The notes beneath the pieces are model-generated. The model did not search any database and was not told the DNA's origin. It was given only the letters and a program-made list of their open reading frames with translations. Positions 23,834 to 34,784 of a DNA stretch of 64,000 bases are shown here, piece by piece. Made by a program: the position numbers and the translations under genes. How positions within the stretch are numbered: the stretch's first letter is position 1; every line of letters begins with the position of its first letter. Origin of the DNA: Schizochytrium sp. TIO01 (taxonomy: Eukaryota; Protista; Bigyra: Labyrinthulomycetes); NCBI GenBank assembly GCA_004764695.1, contig SMSO01000037.1, positions 1,960,747-2,024,746 of the forward strand. Reading direction: 5' to 3'.

Positions 23834-26035
23834 GTTTTTTCAAAGGCTTATACCCTCTATGCACTTGCCTTTTATTTTGCGAGTTTGCTTGCCGCATTCA
23901 ATCTTTGAGCATGAAGTGGCGATTTGATGCCTTTTTCGTAAACCTTGCATGTGAAGCGAAAGTTTGGCGTTGCTACTTCATCAAATTCCCCCTATTGCTT
24001 AATTAGTTGCTAGTAGGCTAGCTTTGCTGATTCCACTCGATAATATACACACGCATGACTCCCATGGTCTTAATTTTCTCGTACAGCAGCACCCACCCCT
24101 TAACAGTAATCATAAATAACTCAAATAAAATCCCAAATTAACCTGAGAAACTCTCGCTTTTTCAATCCCTTATATATCCTATGCCTTGTCATTGTAAAAC
24201 CTCATTTACAGTCAACCGTATATGCTTGTCTTTGATGGGAATCGTAAACCGAACTCCAGCATATTTCTTAAAGCTCATGAGTACTTTCGTTAAAATTGGG
24301 ACACCTGTTTAGTACGAAAATACAACTTTGTGCATCATCTATTGTGCATCATCTTGAGAAAAAATAAAAACAAAAATAGTTTTGCCCCTGATTTTGGCAT
24401 TTAAAACATAGCAGCAGTTAACAATCTTCAATTTTGCTCTGTATTTTCTAAAAATATCTTTAGTAGTTATGAGAATACTAAAGTTAGAAAATACAGGTAA
24501 GAAGTACATCTGTTCATATATTTATGTATTTATCTATTCCTGGCTAAAGTGTTGAGCTGCACTCTTCTTAACCAAAACACTGTCAGAATTGGTCTAGTTA
24601 GTAAGATACGAATCTCACCATAGTCGCCTGTATTGGTGAGTCGGTGCTGTCTGAAACCAATTTTTTTCTCTTCTATTGTAGGCGGTTTTAATTTAGAAAA
24701 GTAAAGAACCAAAGTTTAATTCGCCTGCACTAAGTTGCTAATGATTTCTATGTCTGCAAGAACAACCAAAAGGCCTAGCTACAATGCATTTGTTGATTTA
24801 GTGAATTTGGTGAAAAGGTTAAGACTTTCCTAACATGAGGAAGTAGGCAGGTATAAAGGAAAACTGACTAGTTTCCTGTGGGAATATAATGAACCCATCA
24901 TAAAGCCAATTTTCCCTTCTGATGGACCGAACACATCCTAGCTTTTTAAAATCTTGCTAACATCTTCGAAATTATTTCGCCTGCTTCAAGCATGGCTTCA
25001 CACGCAGATATTGGGCTACATGACTTCCTTTTTTTCACATTTAGGCTGCTCGTATCCAAAAATCCATGAATCTATTCAGGATGCAAGGTCCCGTATTTCG
25101 CCCATGCGACCTTCACTGCATCCAAATCGTTCAATAATAATACTACTACGCAATAAGTAGATATTCGCATCCGCATTGATTTCACAGCTCGCTCTATACC
25201 TAGGTAAGATTCTATGTCCTTACATTACAAAACGATCAGCATCCCTAGTACCTCCAAATCTACAACCTTGAACCATCATTCCCAACAAAGAGGAATGCCA
25301 GCTTTGAAACATGACCCACTTCCCTCTCTTATTATGCCTCCTACCCTTTTTTATAATAGTACTTAGACTACCGGCGAATCCCTCGTAGGACCAAAAGGTG
25401 GAAACTCGTAGGTGTGCATGCTCCCCTTCCTCACGGTTATATTAGTACATGGGGTGTATGTAAGGAGTTAAAGATCTATCTTACGATCCTCTCTATCTTA
25501 AAAAGGCTCCAGATTTAGAAGTGCTGATAGTGCAAACCTTAGTAGTGGTGCTCACATAGTAATTTCTATATGAAAGCGCTTTGACCGCCTCTTCGAGTTG
25601 GAGCAACAGGACCGTAAGAAGAAGAAGAAGAAGAAGAAGGAGGTTTGCTCGTTCAGGCGAGCAATCGCAGAAGGTCTTCGAACAGGCACTAGATTACTCG
25701 TGCACGAGACTGCGTTGTGGTTGCGTGGTCTCCTAGGTCTGAAGACTCCGTGCGCCGGAGAATTGTTCTGAAGCGGCCTGCTAAATCCTATATAGAAGGT
25801 ATCCATCGAGTTCACTCGCTCGCTCACTCACTCGAGCTTGCTTTCTCGAGTTTGCGATATCTGCGCTACCCGGGAAACATCAAACCTTGCTGGTGCATAA
25901 CCCGGACCCGACCCTCAACGTTGAGGTCTCTAAAGGTCGCTGTGAAGGAGGATCCTTGAGTGTAAATTTCGCTCAGATAGATATAGAATCCGCACATATA
26001 TATACACATTCATATATATCTAAAAGATAGCCAAC

Positions 26036-26881
26036 ATGGAGGAACAACAGATGAACTCAGCCTTGAACATCATGCGTCGCATGCCACCCACGAATATCGA
26101 GGTGAACCTGTCTGGCCTCGTGAACCTCATTCCCGAAATGACTGATGAGCTGTTGCAGCGTGTGGACCAGCCTCTACAGACAGCCAAGGACCCCGTCAAC
26201 GGCAAGCAGTACCTGCTCAGCGACTACAACCGTGATGCGGATTCGTACCGTAGTCCTTGGAGCAACACCTACAGCCCTGACCTCCCCGACGGTCTTAAGC
26301 CCTCCAAGTCCCTTCGTGTTCTTGAGGAGAAGTGCAACGCTGTCTTTGACGCCTACCGTCAGCTTTACTATGAAGGTGGAGTCAGTAGCGCGTACCTTTG
26401 GGATCAAGAGGAGCCCGGCGCGTTTGCAGGATGCTTTCTCATTAAAAAGGAGGTCATTGAGCCTCAACGCAAGGTCTCCGAGGGCTCATGGGACTCCATT
26501 CACGTCGTGGATGTGGTCCCCCATGCTGGCGCTTCTCAAGGCAAGGGCACCTACGAGTATCAGCTTACAACCACTGTGATGCTTGCCATGGTTACATCTA
26601 AGGGAGAGGCGGGAAATGTCACGCTGTCTGGATCCCTTACACGCCAGGCGAAGCCGCGAACAGTCAAGATCAAGACTGAGGACGAGCACGTCACCACGAT
26701 TGGATCTATGATTGAGGAGATGGAGATTGATATTCGTAACCAGATGGATGGTCTCTATATTCAGAAGACTCGTGAGGTCGTCAACTCTATCCGCCGACCT
26801 ACTTCTCACCGCGATATGCCGAGCCAGGCCTTTGTTGCCGATCTTACCGGTCGTATCAAGACTATGACCATGAAACACTAA
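26036..26881 (+). CDS. CAPZB: F-actin capping protein beta subunit
   Basis: MRRMPP, DYNRDADSYRSPWSN, YYEGGVSSAYLWD, GSWDSIHV, LSGSLTRQ. Confidence 0.97.
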   Translation: MEEQQMNSALNIMRRMPPTNIEVNLSGLVNLIPEMTDELLQRVDQPLQTAKDPVNGKQYLLSDYNRDADSYRSPWSNTYSPDLPDGLKPSKSLRVLEEKCNAVFDAYRQLYYEGGVSSAYLWDQEEPGAFAGCFLIKKEVIEPQRKVSEGSWDSIHVVDVVPHAGASQGKGTYEYQLTTTVMLAMVTSKGEAGNVTLSGSLTRQAKPRTVKIKTEDEHVTTIGSMIEEMEIDIRNQMDGLYIQKTREVVNSIRRPTSHRDMPSQAFVADLTGRIKTMTMKH

Positions 26882-27519
26882 ATTTTACCAGCAAACATTG
26901 AAAGCAGGAGCTCTTTTTGCTCGTTTTTTCTTTCCTTTGTTTTTCACATCTAGCTCAAGTGTCTGGCATGCGCAGTTATACCTCGTCGATCCTTATCACT
27001 TTCCTTCTCATTCTTGATTGCTCTCGCTTTCCTCTTTTACTTCTTTTGGATATGTGTGCACGGGCCATACCGTTCTTCCCACTTTCCCTGTTATTCAATT
27101 CTCTCGACAGGCTCTAACTCTAACCCAATCATCTTTCGTTTATATACTAGTCTTGTTTTTGGTGCGTGCTGACTTGACGTGAATGGAGAAATTCCGTTTG
27201 ATTTGCGATGGTCCTGCACAACACGAAGCCTTGTGATCAACGCAATCTTTATCGAATCATGTTTTTCATCATACTTGCGTTCAAAATATTGAAGAGGTAG
27301 AGAGGTAAAACAAACAGGGACACAGGCATCACTATCATGGACATACAAGTCAGCATCTCATCGCTGATCTAAGCTATGTTCCAAGGAAGCCAAACAAAAA
27401 AATGAACATAGATAATTTTTTAATAAAAAAACAAACATAAGAGGAAAGCAAACACCTTTACAAAATCGTAAGCCGGAACACAAAGTCAAAATGTGCAATG
27501 AATGCTAGAAAGATGCAGC

Positions 27520-28518
27520 TTATAATTTGGCACTTTGGACAATACGTGCACCAGCCTGCAAACGTGTTTCAGCCTCGGAGACTAGGCGCTGCACAAGCTC
27601 CTTGCAAGTAGGAATGTCATTGATCAAACCAATGCTTTGGCCGCAGCTCCACATCGCACTCTGGGCATCGCCATTCTCTTGAAGCATAGCTTTTGTACGC
27701 TTTCCAGAAGCCAATCGCAGAAGTTCACCCTTGTCTTTGACTCCTTCGGCCTCAAGACGCAGGATTTCACGCGATACGTCATTCTTTGCAACACGGGTAC
27801 CGTTCTGCAAAGTTCGCAAAGCTAGGGTTGTAGATAGCTCGTTGTTCTTAGGATCCGCAATAAATTGTTTAATGGAATCTTGAATGGGGGCTTCCTTTGT
27901 TGCCATGAAACGTGTACCCATTGTCAGACCGACTGCTCCCATAGCAAGGGCGCCCGCCAGTTGTATTCCAGTTGCAGAACCGGACACGATCACCGGAGTG
28001 GTCAATGTTTGCAGAGCCTTAGTCACAAGCACCCATGTTGTGACATCATCTTCAGAGCTGCGCCCAGCAATGGCACTCTCAAAGCCAGCAATTTCGATGA
28101 AGTCAACACCGTCGCTCTGAGCTTTAAGAGCATGCTTGATTGTGGCTGATTTATGGATCACAACAACACCAGCTTCTCGAAGTTGTTTCATGTACTTGCG
28201 CGGTGAGCCTCCGGTAATCTCAACAGCGGCTACCTTTTCTTCACAAATTACGTTCATGTATGCGTCGTAGTCTGCAGGAATAAGCATGGGGAGAATGGCG
28301 AGGTTGACTCCGAATGGCTTATCCGTCATGGTCCTGCACTTGCGAATCTCCTTGCGGAGGTCTTCCGGTGTAGGTTGTGTCAGAGCCGTAAGAATGCCAA
28401 GGGCTCCGGCATTCGAGACAGCAGACGCCATCTCAGCAAAGCCTACATGTTGCATGCCTCCCTGAATAATGGGAGCCTCGATGCCCAGCGCCTCAGTGAG
28501 TTTCGTGCGGAGTACCAT
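27520..28518 (-). CDS. Nitronate monooxygenase / 2-nitropropane dioxygenase family (FMN TIM barrel)
   Basis: PIIQGGM, AVSNAGALG, TDKPFGVNL, MGTRFMATKEAP, WSCGQSIGLI. Confidence 0.92.
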   Translation of the reverse strand: MVLRTKLTEALGIEAPIIQGGMQHVGFAEMASAVSNAGALGILTALTQPTPEDLRKEIRKCRTMTDKPFGVNLAILPMLIPADYDAYMNVICEEKVAAVEITGGSPRKYMKQLREAGVVVIHKSATIKHALKAQSDGVDFIEIAGFESAIAGRSSEDDVTTWVLVTKALQTLTTPVIVSGSATGIQLAGALAMGAVGLTMGTRFMATKEAPIQDSIKQFIADPKNNELSTTLALRTLQNGTRVAKNDVSREILRLEAEGVKDKGELLRLASGKRTKAMLQENGDAQSAMWSCGQSIGLINDIPTCKELVQRLVSEAETRLQAGARIVQSAKL

Positions 28519-29371
28519 GGTTCTTCTCGCTAAGCCAGCACCTTAACCTAATCAACCGTCCGGTCTTGCTCGTTAGTCAAAGAAGAACCCACACGTTTAC
28601 CTCCTTCTCGTTTGCCAACGCCACTTTAATTCCAGGTTTGCCAGAAAATTGCCCGGACAACCTCTTGCCACAAACTGTTCCGGCTAAACTTGGCTTGGGT
28701 CAGATGAGCTCGCAACTTGGTGCATTACACATCCCACGTCCACGGAAGGCTGCAGGCGTGGGTCAGGAGCGGAAGGAGCGCCTTTTTGCTCTTATCTACA
28801 CACTACAAGAGCAGCAAGAGACGGAAGATGTAAAGCAGGGGCGACATGCCTCAAGCCAAGCCAGCCTTGGCCACTTCGAGACGTCAGCCAGATCCGGCGA
28901 TGCAGACGGTGTCCTCTTTACCCCTAAGGCTGTCACGAGTTCTTCACCGATAAGCAGGCTCCTCAGAGGCCTGGTGACAGCAATGACACCGTATGGAAAG
29001 TGAAATGAGCGGCACGGAGTGTGAAAATGAGCTTGGAACGTTCCTAAACACGAAACTTGGAACAGAGATTTTGGACGCGGGCGTGTCTGAAAGTTGAGTT
29101 TAGGACGAGCCGTAACGGTCATAAGGCGCAGAAGCAGGTCTGGGTGGAATAAAAGTAGAAATGTAAGGGAGAAAGAAGCTGCTAAGGGTGAGCTTTCTTG
29201 AAATAAGGGGCCCACTTAGAAATCAGCAAGCAACCGAGAAGTTGGGGCTTTTGCAAATACGAGACCGGCCAAGGCTGCTCAGAGCTGTGGCAGAAAGTGC
29301 TGTTCGGTCGTGGTCGAGACATCAGGGGCTGTGCGTCAAGAACTCTGCGTGGAGAAGAGTAGCTTGCGAAG

Positions 29372-30342
29372 ATGGAAGAGGCTAAAATATTCGGTGATGA
29401 AGATGACTTTGTAGGGCTTGATGACCCTGTGCAGCGTGATGTGCTTGGCCAAGGTCCGGCCACATCAAAGTATCAGGCAAGTGCTCTGCGGAGCATGAAG
29501 AGCTCACATATTCAGAAGGTACGTCCAGTAAGGAGTGATTCCACTTTACAAAGGATCACACAGAACTCAGAGAGCTAACTTGATCTTGATATATTGTACC
29601 GTGCTCTGTCTTATGTATGCGCTCTTCAAACGGCTGACTATATAGCGGGTTTTACGCTGCAAAGTTCTTCTAGTTGGCGCGCCGCACGTTGGCAAGACAA
29701 GTCTTTGTCAAGTTTTTCAAAACGGAGGCCAAAACTTTCCCAAATCCTATCTTATGGTACGTTTAATGACACACTCTGACGAGGGATCTTCAATGATGCA
29801 AAAATGATTATAGCTCAAATTCTGACGAAATTGGGGAATATGATGTCCAAATCATCTTTGTGCTGACTTTTCGATTATAGACTCTGGGTGTCGATTTTTC
29901 CGTAACAGACTTGCAAGCTAAACAACACGAAGATACACAGGTTGAAATGTATATCTATGACACTGGTGGACAGTCGGTCTTTAACCAGCGAGAGCTTGGA
30001 GGTCAGTATTGGAGCAACGCATCTGTTGCTGTGTATGTCTATGATGCAGGTAACCGTAACTCGTTTTTGTCATGCAGCAAGTGGCTATCTTCCGTTCGCA
30101 GCGAGAATAGTGGTCGCCCGATGCCTGGCATTCTTGTTGCAAACAAGGTCGATTTGCGAGAGAGTGGCCGAATTGAGGTCACTCGTGAAACTGGAGAAAC
30201 ATTTGCCAAGGACAACGGACTTACATTCCTTGAGACATCCGCTTTGCGTAATTCTGGCGTCACCGAACTATTTCAGTTTATCGCCGACGCATATGCACAA
30301 AAGTACTTCGAAACTGTTCAACGAATTTGTGAGAGTGTTTAA
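29372..30342 (+). CDS. IFT27: Intraflagellar transport protein 27 (Rab-like GTPase); 3 exons 29372-29518, 29646-29756, 29881-30342
   Basis: Phase-0 introns GTACGT...TAG with CTGAC branch sites. Spliced product LRCKVLLVGAPHVGKTS..NFPKSYLM|TLGVDF..DTGGQ..LVANKVD..ETSA; no C-terminal prenylation Cys. Confidence 0.85.
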
Positions 30343-31745
30343 AGACTCATCGCACACAACTCAACTTAATGATTTCTTATCTTTGTTTTCTGTGTCCTTC
30401 TCTAAAACTATTGGCATTATTTACAGCTTTCGTGTCTGATCGTATGTATAATCCTGTTTTTTTCTTTTCTCAAACTAAATGCAACTGTTGAATGCTTTTG
30501 CAAAATGCACACATAAACCAACGGTTTATTATTATCTTGGTACGAAGAATCTACAGTACCGTATCGTCTTGCTAGAATTCTAATTTCGAACTTCATAGTT
30601 TCTAAAGGTAAAGAAGCGAGGAAACAGTGACTTGAACTTTGAAGACACCGAAATTTAGCTTTAATGTTATTTAGAGGTAGGATTTCGATTCTCTTGACAG
30701 GTATTGCAAGCAAGATTCAGCCTTTGTTCGTTTAGCTGAAAAAATTCAAATCATAGGTGACAAGCTCACTCTTTCTTCTGCATTACTTACTCAAACCTTT
30801 AGTTCTAATCGACCTTGTCTCATCAAAATGGTCAACTTATAGCGTCGTCCACAAAAGTTCACATGTTCGTAGAGTAGGAAACAACACAGGTGGGTTTTAT
30901 CAGATAAACCACAGCTCATTCTAAGAAGTCTAAATTTTTCAACGCTCGCTTAAACCTTCCAGCAAAGTATTGAGTTCCAGCCCGACGTGACAATTCGCAC
31001 ACGTCGAACGTCGTGTCATAGAAAATCACCGTCGTCTCCCACTTAGTTTAGTACTTATTTATTTATTTTCCCAACAAGATATAGCCTGTCTTAAGCCACC
31101 TGGATGTATTTTATCGCTACCCGGCTGGATAGCAACATCATCAAAGGGCAACTGAGAAAAGCCAATGCCCTTCGAATGGCTGAAATATTTTATGAATACT
31201 TGACAGAACCTCTCTCACTTCATGCAATCTTGAAGTTTTCCTTCACGACTTCGCTATGCTAAGAACCTCTAACTAATAGCCCAGTGATCACGTAAAGGTA
31301 CCGTGCATCGTTGCCGGCGCGGGTATTTTGTTGCATAATTAGCAGCAAATTTGCAAGGAGCCGTCGGGCCTCGACCTTGGAGCAAAACCCTCGAGACCCG
31401 TGGCGCCGGGCGTGGAGAACGGCGCTACGAGCTCTGTGTCGGGCTTGGCTGTGAAGGTTTGCCTGAGGGTCTTCCCAAGGGTCTCACGTTACAGCCTCTG
31501 CGGCTGTATAGAGATCTAGCAGCGTGGGTCTGCGTGATCGATCCATTTCATCCATTTCATCCATCCGTTCGCTCTTGCGAGTGGACAGCTTTCCTCGACA
31601 CGGATCTTCGGCTTGTCGTCGATTTAAACAACGAAGACTTGATTTCATTTGCGCTGCATAGAAAATTACGGGAGCTTTTGCATATATCTGAGCTTGTGCT
31701 TAGATTTACCATTTTTATTTTGCAGTTCGTGATAGAAAAGGCATC

Positions 31746-34031
31746 ATGGGAAGCAGCGGAAATGCTTTGGGCGCCAAGAAGCGCAAGGGCGGCAAAAGGT
31801 CTTTGGAGGAAGGTGTGGTGAGCGATGATGATGATAAATTGGACAAGTTCAAGGCCCAGGAGGAGTCTGCTGGCGAGAGCGCATGCATGACAAGACTTTT
31901 CATGATCTTCGTGTCTGTGGTCTGCATTGCTTTCCTCGACATGGCCTTTGCACATGAACGTCTTTACAAGGAGGTTTTCTTCGTTCCTTCCCAGCCTGCT
32001 GTGAGCAAGGCGATGGCAATTTCCAATAAGAAGCATCGTACAAATATTATTCCTACGGTTGAAGAGGATATTATTAAGACTGACCTCCTGCTGGCACGCA
32101 CAGGTGCCATCAACAAACCGCATGTCGACTTTGAAAAGGAGCGCATTCAGGAGGTACTAAGTGGGGGCGAGCTCCGCGATTGGGAAAGCCAGCCCGGTGA
32201 TTCGGATAAGGATCCTGATGAAAAACCTCGCGACCTAATCAAGACGAAGGAGGAGGTGCTAAGCTTGAACAAGAAGGTTAATTCGCGAATTACACGCCGC
32301 ATTGCCAAGCACTCTGCAGGTCAGCTTGTGATGAGTCTTGGCGGCTATGATCTTGGATCTACGGGTCTCACCGCCGGTGGCGAGAAGATTCATGGTAATA
32401 AGGAGCTGATTGACTTTTTCGCTTTGGCAGAATCTCGAGGAGCACTCGTGCAGAAGAAGATGGAGGAAGCAGAACACGCAGCAGAGTCCTCCGACGATGA
32501 AACTGATAGCAGTTCATCTTCGGAAGGTAGCGACAGCCCACATGCTGCTGGAAATCACCGTAGTCGTAAGGAGGTCTTTGAGTTGCGGGAACCGGATCCT
32601 GATTTTGCCAAGTTCGTGCAGGAGCTTCGAAGCGATGCAACGTATGCCCATGTTCACAAGAAGAACGACATGGAACGTGCTCTGAAGTCGCTTGGCTACA
32701 AACAGTCCACCAAGTCAAGCAAGAAGGTTCCTCTTATCGTTGGTGATGAGAACAAATGTCCTTCCCAGTTTAAAATGGACGAACAGCGCATCTCATTTTG
32801 CCCACTCTTCTTCCCAGTCAACAAGGCCGATCAGTACTACCATATTCAGCAGTTTGCTGAACGTGTTCCTGAATCCAAGCTCAAACCAGACTTTTACCCT
32901 CTCACGTGGCGTCTTTACCGACTTGAAGAGCGTGCCAAGCTCAAGGAACATTGCACCAACGACACAATGACTGAATTTGGCGTAGCCTATGTACGAAAGT
33001 TCACTGTACCCGGTGAAAACTACATGAAAAGTGCCGATAGCATTTATGAGCAACTCGAAAAGTCAGAGAAGAGTGTGAAGCAGCTTCGTAAGGAGACCAA
33101 GAACCGCGCGGTGGTGCAGCTCTACATTAACAATCCTTTGCTGATCGAAGAACGCAAGTTCATCATCCGCACGTATGCAGTTATTGTCTCGACTAAGCCG
33201 TTGATTGTCTATTATTCAGATGGCGCTGGATTACGCTCCGTGATTAAGTACCAGCCGTTCTCTAGGCACGACTCGGACTACAAAAAGGCAGCACACATCA
33301 CTAGCGAGCAAAAGACTGCAAACAAAAAGGTTCTCAAGTCCAGTGAACTGTACATGTCGTTTCACAGTCTGCAAACCTACCTTACTGAGGCTGGTAACGA
33401 CCCAAACTACGTCACCAAGGTGCTACGCCCGCATATGAAGGCCCGTATGATTTATGCCCTTCATGCAATTATCCAACGTCAGCGCGGCGGCGAAGATGAA
33501 ACTGAAGAGGAACAGATTGACCGGGCCCAGTCTTTGCCGCGCTCAACTGCAATTGTACAGGAGGCTTGTTTCGATTTCTTGCTTGACGAAAGCAAGAAGC
33601 TTTGGCTCATTACTGTTGGCACCGGCTCGCATTGCTTTGTGACGATGGGCGGAAGCTCCTTCCGCCCTTCATGGAAGGGCAAGCTTCAGAATGCCCTTTC
33701 AGAGAGCACAGCGCAGCTTGCTGAAGAAATGCTCTGGCGTCGGTCGAACGACATGCCTATTTCCTCCATGGACTTCTACACGCAGACCGGTATGACTGTG
33801 CTTATTGACGAGACCTTCCCCGACTGGGATGTCACCAAGGAAATTAACAATCACATGGATGGCATTCAGGTAGCACAAGACAACCACGATTACGTTTCTG
33901 AAGACGCAGAAGAAGGCGAAAACGGGAACGACAGTGGCTCCGACAGTGTGTTTGAGCCCGCGTCTGACGATGGCAATGACAGTGATAGTGACAACGGTGA
34001 TAATGATAATGACTCCGAGGAAGATGACTAA
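31746..34031 (+). CDS. Tubulin-tyrosine-ligase-like ATP-grasp protein with N-terminal TM anchor and degenerate active site
   Basis: VVQLYINNPLLIEERKFIIRTY, AHITS, FDFLLDESKKLWL; TM LFMIFVSVVCIAFLDMAFA; acidic tail. Confidence 0.8.
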   Translation: MGSSGNALGAKKRKGGKRSLEEGVVSDDDDKLDKFKAQEESAGESACMTRLFMIFVSVVCIAFLDMAFAHERLYKEVFFVPSQPAVSKAMAISNKKHRTNIIPTVEEDIIKTDLLLARTGAINKPHVDFEKERIQEVLSGGELRDWESQPGDSDKDPDEKPRDLIKTKEEVLSLNKKVNSRITRRIAKHSAGQLVMSLGGYDLGSTGLTAGGEKIHGNKELIDFFALAESRGALVQKKMEEAEHAAESSDDETDSSSSSEGSDSPHAAGNHRSRKEVFELREPDPDFAKFVQELRSDATYAHVHKKNDMERALKSLGYKQSTKSSKKVPLIVGDENKCPSQFKMDEQRISFCPLFFPVNKADQYYHIQQFAERVPESKLKPDFYPLTWRLYRLEERAKLKEHCTNDTMTEFGVAYVRKFTVPGENYMKSADSIYEQLEKSEKSVKQLRKETKNRAVVQLYINNPLLIEERKFIIRTYAVIVSTKPLIVYYSDGAGLRSVIKYQPFSRHDSDYKKAAHITSEQKTANKKVLKSSELYMSFHSLQTYLTEAGNDPNYVTKVLRPHMKARMIYALHAIIQRQRGGEDETEEEQIDRAQSLPRSTAIVQEACFDFLLDESKKLWLITVGTGSHCFVTMGGSSFRPSWKGKLQNALSESTAQLAEEMLWRRSNDMPISSMDFYTQTGMTVLIDETFPDWDVTKEINNHMDGIQVAQDNHDYVSEDAEEGENGNDSGSDSVFEPASDDGNDSDSDNGDNDNDSEEDD

Positions 34032-34784
34032 ACAATTGTAGCTTGTTTTCTGAACCTTCCGTGCTCTGTCTGTGATTTCGTCTGTAACCCAATTTAAGTG
34101 CAAGATTTTATCGATTTTGGTTTTTGATTTTTTGATTTTTTTTTACTTTTGAACAACAAGATAATGAGAGTTATTTTTGATTTTGATTTTTTAAATCATT
34201 ATCCTTAGTCGAGGAGTCGGGCTCACACAATGAAGCTCTTGGCCCACAGCAGGTCTCTCTACAAAAAAAATAATGAGATAACTAGCACGCTAGCCCGCAG
34301 ATATGAGCGTATTCTCCCTTTTTTCATCCCTGCCACATTCCTTCACCTTTTTGTTATATGCCACTATCGTTTCCTACTTCTCCACCTTTAAGAAACAAAC
34401 TGAAAATAAAGATTCTCTGGATATCATCAAACCATTGCTTTCCTTTGACGAAATGTGCATTCTTTACAGAAGATAAGCTTTTCTTAGCGTTATATTCTTA
34501 ATTTGTTATCTTGCTTGACGCACTGCTCGAAATGATAATAGTAGTAGACTATGGCAAACTATACGGAAGATGGAAGTGTTTATAGATATCAGGCGTTAAA
34601 TAGGCGGAAACACACTTCTTAAATTCAAAAGATGAATGAACCGGCAACATCATATTCCATCTTCATTTGTAAGGCCTTTTCCCAACCATTTCCCACGAAA
34701 AACCGTTTTTTGATAATTCGCTGCAAGGCAGTAAGTAAACGAAATGTGCATATGTTTTTATCTTTAGGGATCAACGAAAAGTAA

